From the NCBI GenBank assembly GCA_963754315.1, contig CAVWFS010000018.1, positions 1 to 64,000 of the forward strand: a stretch of DNA of 64,000 nucleotides, read 5' to 3'. A program made the translations under genes and the position numbers. The notes beneath the pieces were generated by a model. It ran no database searches and was not told where the DNA came from. It saw only the letters and a list, made by a program, of their open reading frames with translations. Below, in pieces: positions 1-7,687 of this stretch (positions within the stretch are counted from its first letter, which is position 1; each line of letters begins with the position of its first letter). Origin of the DNA: an uncultured Candidatus Rokubacteria bacterium. GTDB taxonomy: Bacteria; Methylomirabilota; Methylomirabilia; Rokubacteriales; CSP1-6.

Positions 1-1477
1 CATTCGACACAGTCGTCGTCCTGATGATGGAGAACCGCTCGTTTGACCACCTGCTCGGGTGGTTGCCTGGCGCGAACGGCAAACAGGAGGGGCTTACCTA
101 CAAGGACCCGCAGGGTCAGGAATATACGACCTGGGCGCTTGCCCCCGATTTCCAGGGCTGTCTATACCGCGACCCAGACCACACCTGGCCAGGCATCGCG
201 GTGCAGTATGCCGACGGGGCTTGCGACGGCTTCCTGAAGACCGCCCCACCCTCGAACGCGGCAGGAGCCGCGATCGGTTTCCCATTGGCTACTATCGGGA
301 GGACGACCTACCGATTCTGAGCGCCCTCGCCAAGGGATACACGACCTTCGACAACTACTTCTGCTCGATGATGGGTCCGACGTGGGAGAACCGTCTCTAT
401 CAGCTCACGGGAACCACCCAGCTCATCGACGACTGCGACTTTCCGGGAGAAGGTGAGCCTCGCCCCGTCACAATCCCGCTCGCGATCTTCGATCGCGTGC
501 TCGACGCGCGTCTGACGGCCGCCTACTACTACCACACCTCGCCCATCACCGGGCTCTTCCAGAGCGGGCGGTACGACCGTATCTCCTATCCGATCACGCA
601 ATTCTGGACGGACGCTCGGGAGGGCAAGCTCGCCAATGTGGTGTTCATCGATCCTGACTACAGCGACCTCGCCGAAGACATGGGCACCTCGAACGACTAT
701 CACCCATGGGGTAACGTCCTCGTTGCGGACGGGTTCGTCGCCCAGGTCCACGATGCTCTGAAGGCGAGCCCCCAGTGGGAGCGCATGGTATTCGTGCTCA
801 ACTTCGACGAGCACGGAGGATTCTTCGACCATGTGCCACCGCCTGCCTGCCAGGACGACACAGTGCTGAAGGGAGAGGGACCGGACCTCAAACGCCTCGG
901 CTTCCGCGTCCCGGCCATCGCCATGGGTCCGTTTGCGCCGCGCCGGATCGAGAAGGCTGGGCCGTACGAGCACTGCTCGATCTTGAGAATGATCGAGTGG
1001 CGCTGGGGCCTGGAGCCCTTGCGGCTGCGCGACCGTCATGCGAAGAACCTCGCCGAGGCGCTCGACTTCACGAGTCGTCGTGAGGCTATCAAACTTCCGG
1101 CTTTTGTCGCCCCGCCGCCCCTGGCCTGCGAGAAAGACGGGGGCTGGACGCAGCTGGCCGTCTCGCGGACGGGACGGGTGCGAGTGCTGATGGAAGCCGA
1201 GGATTCTCAGGGCGCTGTCTACACCGCCCGGATCTTGGCTCGCGGCGATGTTGAGGTGGCCAGCGGGTCGGGGCGGACCATAGGCAAGAAGGTCCTCTTC
1301 GAGCTGAATCTGACTGAGAGTGGTCTCAGACTGCTGGCCCAGAGACCGAATCGCCTGCCCGTATTTCTGGAGACGCTAACAACGGCGCCCGATGCTCCGG
1401 CCTGTCGCAGCACGTCGCCGGCCCTTCTGCACCACAACCTCCGTGGGCCCGCGCGTGCGCCGGGCGCGCGCGAGTAG
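1..1477 (+). CDS. Phosphoesterase / phospholipase C (alkaline-phosphatase-like) family protein; 5' end outside the window, frameshift near 258-272
   Basis: Frame 3 reads FDTVVVLMMENRSFDH (family signature). Frame 2 continues DRFPIGYY...FDNYFCS...GPTWENR...FDEHGGFFDHVPPP...LGFRVP...YEHCSILRMIE. Confidence 0.85.
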
Positions 1478-1596
1478 GAACGGTCGGTCGCGTCCGTCTT
1501 CCTGCCACCATTCGGCTTCTGCGCCACCAGCGCCCTCCAGATCGGGGTCACACGTCCACCACACCGTCGGTACTTATGGAGATCTCTCACTGCGAC

Positions 1597-1685
1597 GTGC
1601 TCGCACGCTTGGGAGGGAACAAGCGACGAGCCGCGCGCGTGCTGGGGCCTCGCGCTCGACCCTTGACCGCAAGCTCGCCCAGTAG
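1597..1685 (+). pseudogene. Fis-type HTH remnant (C-terminus of an NtrC-like sigma54 activator) with a 1-nt frameshift
   Basis: VLARLGGNKRRAARVLG joined, by restoring one base near 1648, to ASRSTLDRKLAQ-stop; typical HTH_8 pattern GNxxxAAxxLGxSRxTLxRKL. No AAA+ domain upstream. Confidence 0.7.
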
Positions 1686-1699
1686 GTTACCGGCTGTGT

Positions 1700-1752
1700 C
1701 CGGGATGTGCCCCCCACCTGAAATGAGACCATGCCGGCCCTGGGATGCGACC
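1700..1752 (+). promoter_or_regulatory. Candidate upstream activator sites (three imperfect direct repeats)
   Basis: ccgggatgtgccc (1700), ctgaaatgagacc (1718), ctgggatgcgacc (1740), lying 65-115 bp upstream of a sigma54 promoter. Confidence 0.4.
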
Positions 1753-1784
1753 AACTGGCTCGTTACCCACGCGCGTGCTGCGTG

Positions 1785-1831
1785 TAAGGTTTTAAATTCA
1801 CAGGGAAATCGGACCTGGCACTGGTGTTGCC
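1785..1831 (+). promoter_or_regulatory. Sigma54 (RpoN) -24/-12 promoter with upstream IHF-like site
   Basis: TGGCACtggtgTTGC at 1816-1830 (GG-N10-GC). AT-rich taaggttttaaat at 1785-1797 matches WATCAANNNNTTR on the minus strand with 2 mismatches. Confidence 0.75.
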
Positions 1832-1842
1832 TCAAACTCCGA

Positions 1843-1983
1843 GTGACGGCGCCGTGGGCAACGAACAGTCGGTCCGGCGGCGAAGGAGGGGAGGGCGGCG
1901 CCTCACCGGTTCTGTTTCAGCGGTGCGCTGCGGGTCAGCACATAGACTCACCGAGTGGCGGGCCCAACATCCGAGCCAACTGA
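1843..1983 (+). CDS. Small peptide (possibly degenerate GG-leader family member) with Hcp-like core
   Basis: GTG 1843 opens (V)TAPWATNSRSGGEGGEGG-ASPVLFQRCAAGQHIDSPSGGPNIRAN; first ORF after the sigma54 promoter. Confidence 0.45.
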   Translation: MTAPWATNSRSGGEGGEGGASPVLFQRCAAGQHIDSPSGGPNIRAN

Positions 1984-2014
1984 GCGGCCTGGAACGAGGG
2001 CTAGGGAGGACACC

Positions 2015-2173
2015 GTGGCCAAGAAGAGCCAGAAACAACCTAAACAGAACAAGGCTAAGAGAGTAGAGGATCTGTCGCCCGGCACCAAGACCAGGAACGT
2101 CAAGGGCGGCTGCAGCAATAACTTGAAGCAGATTGGCCTGGCCAGTCACGGACACGTGGAGTCGAGATTCTGA
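2015..2173 (+). CDS. 52-aa basic peptide with double-glycine (VKGG) leader-like motif
   Basis: RBS ggagga at 2005-2010, GTG 2015; MAKKSQKQPKQNKAKRVEDLSPGTKTRNVKGG-CSNNLKQIGLASHGHVESRF. Confidence 0.75.
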   Translation: MAKKSQKQPKQNKAKRVEDLSPGTKTRNVKGGCSNNLKQIGLASHGHVESRF

Positions 2174-2190
2174 ACGCTCCGAGGCCGGCG

Positions 2191-2310
2191 CGTAAGCCAA
2201 AGCTCCGAGACGAGATAGTCCGGGTGAAGGATCTCGCGCCCCGCACGAGCGTCAAGGGCGGCGGCAAGTTGAGGTTCGGTGAGCGCCGAGAGGACGGCGA
2301 TGGCCTGAGC
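2191..2310 (+). pseudogene. Second VKGG-type peptide; start and stop uncertain
   Basis: Frame 1 reads RKPKLRDEIVRVKDLAPRTSVKGG-GKLRFGERREDGDG; the only in-frame start is GTG 2224. Confidence 0.5.
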
Positions 2311-2397
2311 CGAAGCCGTCAGATCCGGCGCGCCCCCGCCGGCTGGGCAAAGCAGAACAAAGAGTCTCAGATGGCCTGCGCGAGGAGCGATCCGAGC

Positions 2398-2551
2398 ATG
2401 GCCAAGAAGAGCCAGAAGCGGGTGGCGGCGAAGGCGAGGAAGGTCGAGGATCTTCCCCTCGCAGAGGTGCCAAGCCGTCAAGGGTGGCGAGGGTTGGGGC
2501 AAGTGGGAGGTAAACCCGGGGAGGATCCTTAACCGTGGTGCCGAGGGCTAA
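2398..2551 (+). CDS. Third VKGG-type peptide, with a frameshift near 2455-2475
   Basis: RBS gaggag 2382-2387, ATG 2398 MAKKSQKRVAAKARKVEDLP; the shifted frame gives AVKGG-EGWGKWEVNPGRILNRGAEG-stop(2551). A 19-nt stretch tggccaagaagagccagaa is identical to 2016-2034. Confidence 0.65.
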
Positions 2552-3909
2552 GACGAATCGGCGGCCCTTCCAGACTCACTCTCCTTCCGTGCCGCATAGA
2601 GGCCCCACGCGCCGGGCACGCCCTTGAGCTCGTGCGACCCGCGGTCGGCGAACGTCAGGTCCGATCCGACCATGAGATCCCTGACGGTCTGGGAAACCAG
2701 GACCTCCGACGGACCGGCGAGCGCCGCCACGCGGGCGCCGATATTGACGGCCAGCCCTCCTATCTTCTCCCCGATTCTCTCCACCTCTCCGGTGTGCAGC
2801 CCAGTGCGGACCTCGATCCCGAGAGGCCGGACGGCGTCGGTGATCGCCATGGCACAGCGGACGGCGCGTGCCGGGCCGTCGAACGAGGCGAAGAAGCCGT
2901 CGCCCGCGGTGTCGATCTCGATTCCGCGGTAGCGGGCGAGCAGCCTTCGCACCGTCGCGTGGTGCCGCAGGACCACCTCGCGCCAGCGTCGGTCACCGAG
3001 CTCGGCGGCGCGCTTCGTCGAGTCGACGATGTCGGTAAAGAGGACGGTCGCGAGGATTCGGTCGAACGACGCCTCCTCGTCGCCGATCTCGGTCAGGAAG
3101 CGCCGCACCTCGCCGACGATCGCCTCGCCACGAGCATACCAGTGGAAGTGCGGCCCTCCACGGCTCGAATGCTCGATAACCCGGGCGCCTGGGATCTTGC
3201 TTGCCACGAAGTGCCCCGTCTCGGGGAGCACCTCGTAGAAACGGTCGCTATCGACCAGAACGAGCGTGGGCACCTGGATCGTGGGGAGCACGGCGCGGAT
3301 GTCCGTGTACAGGTAGCGGGTGAGCTCCGCCGCGAGCGCGCCGGGCGTGACCGAGCTTCGGGCGTAGCGGGCGAACCACTCGCGCTCCGGCCCGTCGGGT
3401 GCGTCATGCCAGTCCAGCGTGCCCCAGGTGTCGTGGACGGCCTGGATCTGCTCCTGCCAGCGTGCGAGCGGGGGCATCCAGGGCATCTCCTCGGTCGGAA
3501 GGTACGTGACCTGGGGGTCGACGAGGATGAGGGATCTCGTCTGCTCGGGGTACGTGGCCGCGAAGAGCGAGGCCACGATTGCCGATTCGTACGTCGCCAT
3601 GATTGAAGCGCGCTCCGATCGCGCTGCCTTCAACACGGCGAGAATGTCGTCGGTGAGGGTGTCGACGTCCGGCACGTGCCCCGGCGTGAAGCGCTCGGAG
3701 CAGCCCCAGCCGCGGCGGTCGGTCACGATCAAGCGGGCGTGGCCCGCGAGACCACGCAAGAAGCGCGAGAGATAAGGACTCTCCCAGTTGGTATCTGCGT
3801 TCGAGCAATAGCCCTGGAGATAGACCAGGTCGGTGGGGCCGTCTCCGCAAACCTGGTACGCGAGCGAGACGTTCCCGTTCCATGCAAAGCACGTCTCGGG
3901 CCGGTCCAT
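2548..3909 (-). CDS. Alpha/beta-hydrolase-fold + class III adenylate/guanylate cyclase fusion (LipJ-like)
   Basis: N-terminal hydrolase fold (LAYQVCGDGP, DRRGWGCS); C-terminal LATVLFTDIVDST, TAGDGFFASF, GLHTGEV, AVNIGARV, HELKGVPG. Confidence 0.9.
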   Translation of the reverse strand: MDRPETCFAWNGNVSLAYQVCGDGPTDLVYLQGYCSNADTNWESPYLSRFLRGLAGHARLIVTDRRGWGCSERFTPGHVPDVDTLTDDILAVLKAARSERASIMATYESAIVASLFAATYPEQTRSLILVDPQVTYLPTEEMPWMPPLARWQEQIQAVHDTWGTLDWHDAPDGPEREWFARYARSSVTPGALAAELTRYLYTDIRAVLPTIQVPTLVLVDSDRFYEVLPETGHFVASKIPGARVIEHSSRGGPHFHWYARGEAIVGEVRRFLTEIGDEEASFDRILATVLFTDIVDSTKRAAELGDRRWREVVLRHHATVRRLLARYRGIEIDTAGDGFFASFDGPARAVRCAMAITDAVRPLGIEVRTGLHTGEVERIGEKIGGLAVNIGARVAALAGPSEVLVSQTVRDLMVGSDLTFADRGSHELKGVPGAWGLYAARKESESGRAADSS

Positions 3910-4015
3910 GCCATATGATCGGGCAGCGGCCCTGCCGCCGCAACCGTCGGCGAACAGGGAAGCGTTGTGGCCCTCCACTCACACGGATCGGGCAGCTTTC
4001 GCCGAGCGTGCGTGA

Positions 4016-4156
4016 TGGTCCGTAGCGCTGGCGGCCGCGTGCATCGCATTCGCCGCCGCGGCCGTGACGCTGCAGCGGCTCACTGTCCCCGTCATCATGC
4101 TGGTCGCGATCGTCGTCGTCGCCGCGGGCACGCGGCGTCTCGTCCACCGCCGTTGA
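4016..4156 (+). pseudogene. Start-less hydrophobic fragment, possibly the C-terminus of a membrane transporter
   Basis: WSVALAAACIAFAAAAVTLQRLTVPVIMLVAIVVVAAGTRRLVHRR-stop; two TM-like segments, in-frame TGA at 4013. Confidence 0.3.
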
Positions 4157-4575
4157 AGTCGCCGAGCCCCCCACGGTCCAGGCGACGGGAGCGGCGCCTG
4201 ATGACCCCGTGCCCCGCGCCACAAGCGGGTGAGTAGGGCGACCTTGTGTCCGGCAGGGTCGCGGGTCAGGTCGGCCTATGCGGCGGTGTGGACGAAGTGA
4301 TGGTACTCGGGCAGGGGTGACTGCGGACAGCCGGCCGAGATCTACCCAGATCGCCGGCCCGCAGTTTCCGCTTGACACCTTTCTGTATGGTCAATGGTCA
4401 GCGATTGCGAGCACCGTCGGGATGCCGCTCCAACGCGTCCTGGAGCCGTGCAGCAGCCGCTTTGGTTCGGCAATCGCGAAAAATGTCGATCGGCGACTAA
4501 TCGCGCGCGGGCGCGTCACGAGGAAGCAAGCGAAACCCGGGTGTAGAGTCGTCCCAGCAGAAGGGGGACTCGCCC

Positions 4576-5922
4576 GTGGAGATCTACACGCTCGGGACTG
4601 CTGCCGCGGAAGCATCCACCGCTGACATGCTCGCCCCCTTGGGGCCCAGCCCGGAGCTGGAGCGCCTGGGCGACGAGATCGCGGAGTTGTCAGCCCACCT
4701 CGACGCCGCCACCGCGCGCCTGCTCGATCTCATCCGCGAGTTCGATGCGCGCGGCGGCTGGAACAACGGTTTCCCCTCCTGCGCCGCCTGGCTGACCTGG
4801 CGCATTGGGCTGGCGCCGGGCGCCGCCCGGGAGCATGTCCGCGTCGCGCGCGCTCTGGCGACGCTGCCCCTGCTGGCCGAGGCTCTCGCTCGCGGGGAGC
4901 TGTCCTACTCCAAGATCCGAGAGCTGACGCGCGTGGCCACGCCGGAGACCGAGGAGCGGCTCCTCGCGGTAGGTAAGGCCGGCACGACTGAGCATGTCGC
5001 GCGGATCGTTCGCGGCTGGCGGCGAGTCGACCGTCAGGCTGAGGCCCGGGAGGCGGCGCTACAGCACGCGAGCCGGGCGCTGCACGTGTATCCAGACGGC
5101 GACGGCACGGTGAGGATCAAGGGGCGGCTGACCGCCGAGGTCGGCGCGCTTCTCGTGCAGGCCCTCGCTGCCGCCTGTGAAACGTTGTACCAGCAGAGGC
5201 GGGAGAAGGACCCGGACGCTGACCCGCCGACGATGGAGCAGCAGCAGGCAGACGCCCTCGCCCTGCTCGCGGAGACGGCGCTCCACCAGGGCCTCGACCC
5301 GGGGAACTCGGGCGAGCGCTACCAGGTGGTGGTACACGTGGACGCCGAGGTCCTCGCGGATGTGGACGCGCCCGGCCAGTCGGCCCTGGAGGACGGCGCG
5401 CGCGTTCCAGCTGGAACGTCCCAGCGCCTGGCCTGCGATGCGAGCAGGGTGGTAATGCGCCACGGCCGGGACGGCCGGGTCGTCGAGGTCGATGCGCGAA
5501 CCCGGACGATTCCACCGGCGATCCGACGGGCGCTGCATCATCGCGACCGCGGCTGCCGCTTTCCGGGCTGCGGCGTGCGGTTCGGCCAGGGCCATCACAT
5601 CCGCCATTGGGCGCAGGGAGGCCCCACCACGTTGTCGAATCTCGCCATGCTCTGCCGCCGGCACCACCGCGCAGTCCACGAGGAGGGCTTTGAGGTCGAG
5701 CGACTGCCCGATGGCGCGCTCCGGTTCCGCCGTCCGGATGGCCGGTTCTTTCCCGAGGCACCACCCGCCCCAGAGGTGCCCCATGACCCTGTGAAAGCGC
5801 TCCGGGCGCGGCACGAAGCGGACGGGCTCGACCTCCATGCGCGAACGGCGATGCCATTCTGGACGGGCGAGCGCCTCGACGTCAGCTGGGCGATCGATGT
5901 CCTGCACCCACTGGCGAGTTAG
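4576..5922 (+). CDS. DUF222 (13E12 repeat family) protein with C-terminal HNH endonuclease; possibly mobile
   Basis: GFPSCAAWLTWRIG...AREHVRVARAL...LSYSK; RLACDA; RRALHHRDRGCRFPGC...HHIRHWAQGGPTTLSNLAMLCRRHHRAVHE. Confidence 0.9.
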   Translation: MEIYTLGTAAAEASTADMLAPLGPSPELERLGDEIAELSAHLDAATARLLDLIREFDARGGWNNGFPSCAAWLTWRIGLAPGAAREHVRVARALATLPLLAEALARGELSYSKIRELTRVATPETEERLLAVGKAGTTEHVARIVRGWRRVDRQAEAREAALQHASRALHVYPDGDGTVRIKGRLTAEVGALLVQALAAACETLYQQRREKDPDADPPTMEQQQADALALLAETALHQGLDPGNSGERYQVVVHVDAEVLADVDAPGQSALEDGARVPAGTSQRLACDASRVVMRHGRDGRVVEVDARTRTIPPAIRRALHHRDRGCRFPGCGVRFGQGHHIRHWAQGGPTTLSNLAMLCRRHHRAVHEEGFEVERLPDGALRFRRPDGRFFPEAPPAPEVPHDPVKALRARHEADGLDLHARTAMPFWTGERLDVSWAIDVLHPLAS

Positions 5923-5964
5923 GAGTTTGCCCCCTACGCCGACCAGCCCAGTCCCGGGCGCGCT

Positions 5965-6384
5965 TCAGCCGCGCGCGGCGGGCGGGCCGAAGACCGGTAG
6001 GTGGTACTCGCCGAACCGGTCGGCGGCGTCCGCCCACCGAACCTCCAAGGTCATGCCCTCGCGCAACTCGTTCGGCTCGAGGCCCACGGGATAGGAGATG
6101 AAGAGCGGGCCCTCGGCCAGCTCGAGGGCGACGACCGTGTGGGGCGGCGGATACTCCGGGAAGTAGCCGCGGCGGAACGTCGTCCACGAGAGCACCGTGG
6201 CCACGCCGCTGAGCGCCGACCACGCGAAGTCGTCGGAGAGACAGCGGTCGCAGGTCGGGCCGGGGGGCCAGCGGAACTTTCCGCACGCCGAGCACGCTTG
6301 CAGGCGCAGCTCGCGCTCCCGGGTGAAGGCCCAGAATTGCTCGGCGTAGGGGTCCATCGCGCGGACCGGGCGGGCGGTGGCCAT
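5965..6384 (-). CDS. DUF35 Zn-ribbon / OB-fold protein (thiolase partner)
   Basis: FWAF...LRLQACSACG...PPGPTCDRC...VLSWT...VALELAEGP; directly downstream of the thiolase. Confidence 0.9.
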   Translation of the reverse strand: MATARPVRAMDPYAEQFWAFTRERELRLQACSACGKFRWPPGPTCDRCLSDDFAWSALSGVATVLSWTTFRRGYFPEYPPPHTVVALELAEGPLFISYPVGLEPNELREGMTLEVRWADAADRFGEYHLPVFGPPAARG

Positions 6385-6386
6385 CG

Positions 6387-7589
6387 TCACGCCCCCTTCG
6401 TGTAGATCAGGCTCTTGCACTTGCCGGCGACGTCGTGGACGTACTGGGCGACCTCGGCGCCGTCTACCTGCCGCGGGCCGAGACCGCCCCGCAGCTGGCG
6501 GACCAGCTCCGGCTGGTGGTTCCAGCTCTGCATGTAGCTCTCGGACAGCATGCCGCCGCTGGTGTTGCACGGCAGATCGCCGCCAATCTCGATTCGGCCT
6601 CCCTGCACGAACGGGCCCGCCTCACCCTCCTTGCAGAAGCCGAAGCCCTCGAGCGAGGCGAGCAGGTGCACGCTGAAGCTGTCGTAGGTGGCGAACACGT
6701 CGACGTCCTTCGGGCTGACACCAGCCATCGGATAGACCTGGGCGGCCACGTCGTGGTGAGCGCCGTGGTAGAAGGTCTTGAGCCGCGGCCGCAGCTGGGT
6801 GGCGTCGACGTTCTCCTCGGACCAGCCGAGCCCGCTCACCATGATGGGCCGCTGCTTGAGATCTCTCGCCATGTCCGCGCGGCGCACGATGATGGCCACG
6901 CCTCCGTCGTTGATGAGGCAGTAGTCGTACAGGCGCAGCGGCTCGGCGATGTACGGGGCGCTCAGGTAGTCCTGGATGGTGAGCGGCTTCTGCATCACCG
7001 CGTTGTCGTTCAGGCAGGCGTGCTTGCGGAAGGCGACCGCGACCGCGCCGAGCTGCTCCTCGGTGGTACCGTAGAGCAGCTTGTGGCGCTGGAAGAAGAG
7101 CGCGTAGAGCGCGCCCTGCGACGTCATGCCCCACGGGGCGTAATAGAAGTACGAGGTGATGGCGCCGCCGGTCACCCGCGCGCCGCCGTAGGCCGTGTCC
7201 ATCGAGCGCTGCGCGTTGCCGTACACGAGGGCGACGGTGGTGCAGAGTCCCGCGTTGATGGCCAGGGTCGCCTCGATGATGCATTGCGCGGCGTCGCCGC
7301 CGCCGCTCCAGCGCGGGTTCAGGCCCCACAGCTCGCTGGCCCGCTCGCCGGACAGCGTGCCGGAGGTGCACAGGCCGTCGATGTCGTCCTTCTTCAAACC
7401 CGCATCGTCCAGCGCGCGCTTCAGCGCCCTCGACGCCAAGGTGTACGAGTCGTACCGGGCCTCACCCTTGCCCACGGCCTGGCCGCCGGCTCCCCGGTAG
7501 TCCTTCGCGTAATCGGTCTCGCCGACGCCGACGACCGCCACCGTGTCTTTCAGTCGCCCGAGCCGCGCCCCATCGAAGCTCACCGCCAT
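6387..7589 (-). CDS. Thiolase-like protein (SCP-x/Ltp type)
   Basis: VAVVGVGET, PLRLYDYCLINDGGVA, YDSFS, PCNTSGGMLSESY. Confidence 0.9.
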   Translation of the reverse strand: MAVSFDGARLGRLKDTVAVVGVGETDYAKDYRGAGGQAVGKGEARYDSYTLASRALKRALDDAGLKKDDIDGLCTSGTLSGERASELWGLNPRWSGGGDAAQCIIEATLAINAGLCTTVALVYGNAQRSMDTAYGGARVTGGAITSYFYYAPWGMTSQGALYALFFQRHKLLYGTTEEQLGAVAVAFRKHACLNDNAVMQKPLTIQDYLSAPYIAEPLRLYDYCLINDGGVAIIVRRADMARDLKQRPIMVSGLGWSEENVDATQLRPRLKTFYHGAHHDVAAQVYPMAGVSPKDVDVFATYDSFSVHLLASLEGFGFCKEGEAGPFVQGGRIEIGGDLPCNTSGGMLSESYMQSWNHQPELVRQLRGGLGPRQVDGAEVAQYVHDVAGKCKSLIYTKGA

Positions 7590-7601
7590 CGTTTTCCTCC
7601 C

Positions 7602-7675
7602 ATGGGGGGCTCCGGGCGCCCCCGAAGCCCCCCGAACGCTCGGGACGCCCCGGCGGAGCCGTGGCGCCCCTCGAT
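7602..7675 (+). repeat. Double-hairpin dispersed repeat, copy A (intergenic)
   Basis: atggggggc..gcccccgaagcccccc..cgctcg..gccccggcggagccgtggcgcccctcgat; similar to 19327, 43736 (reverse) and 61352. Confidence 0.75.
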
Positions 7676-7687
7676 CATCCGCTCCGC

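Noticed and set aside
1843..2551. A complete RiPP or bacteriocin biosynthetic cluster
   Set aside because: No maturase, C39 exporter or immunity gene in the window; only precursor-like peptides are supported.
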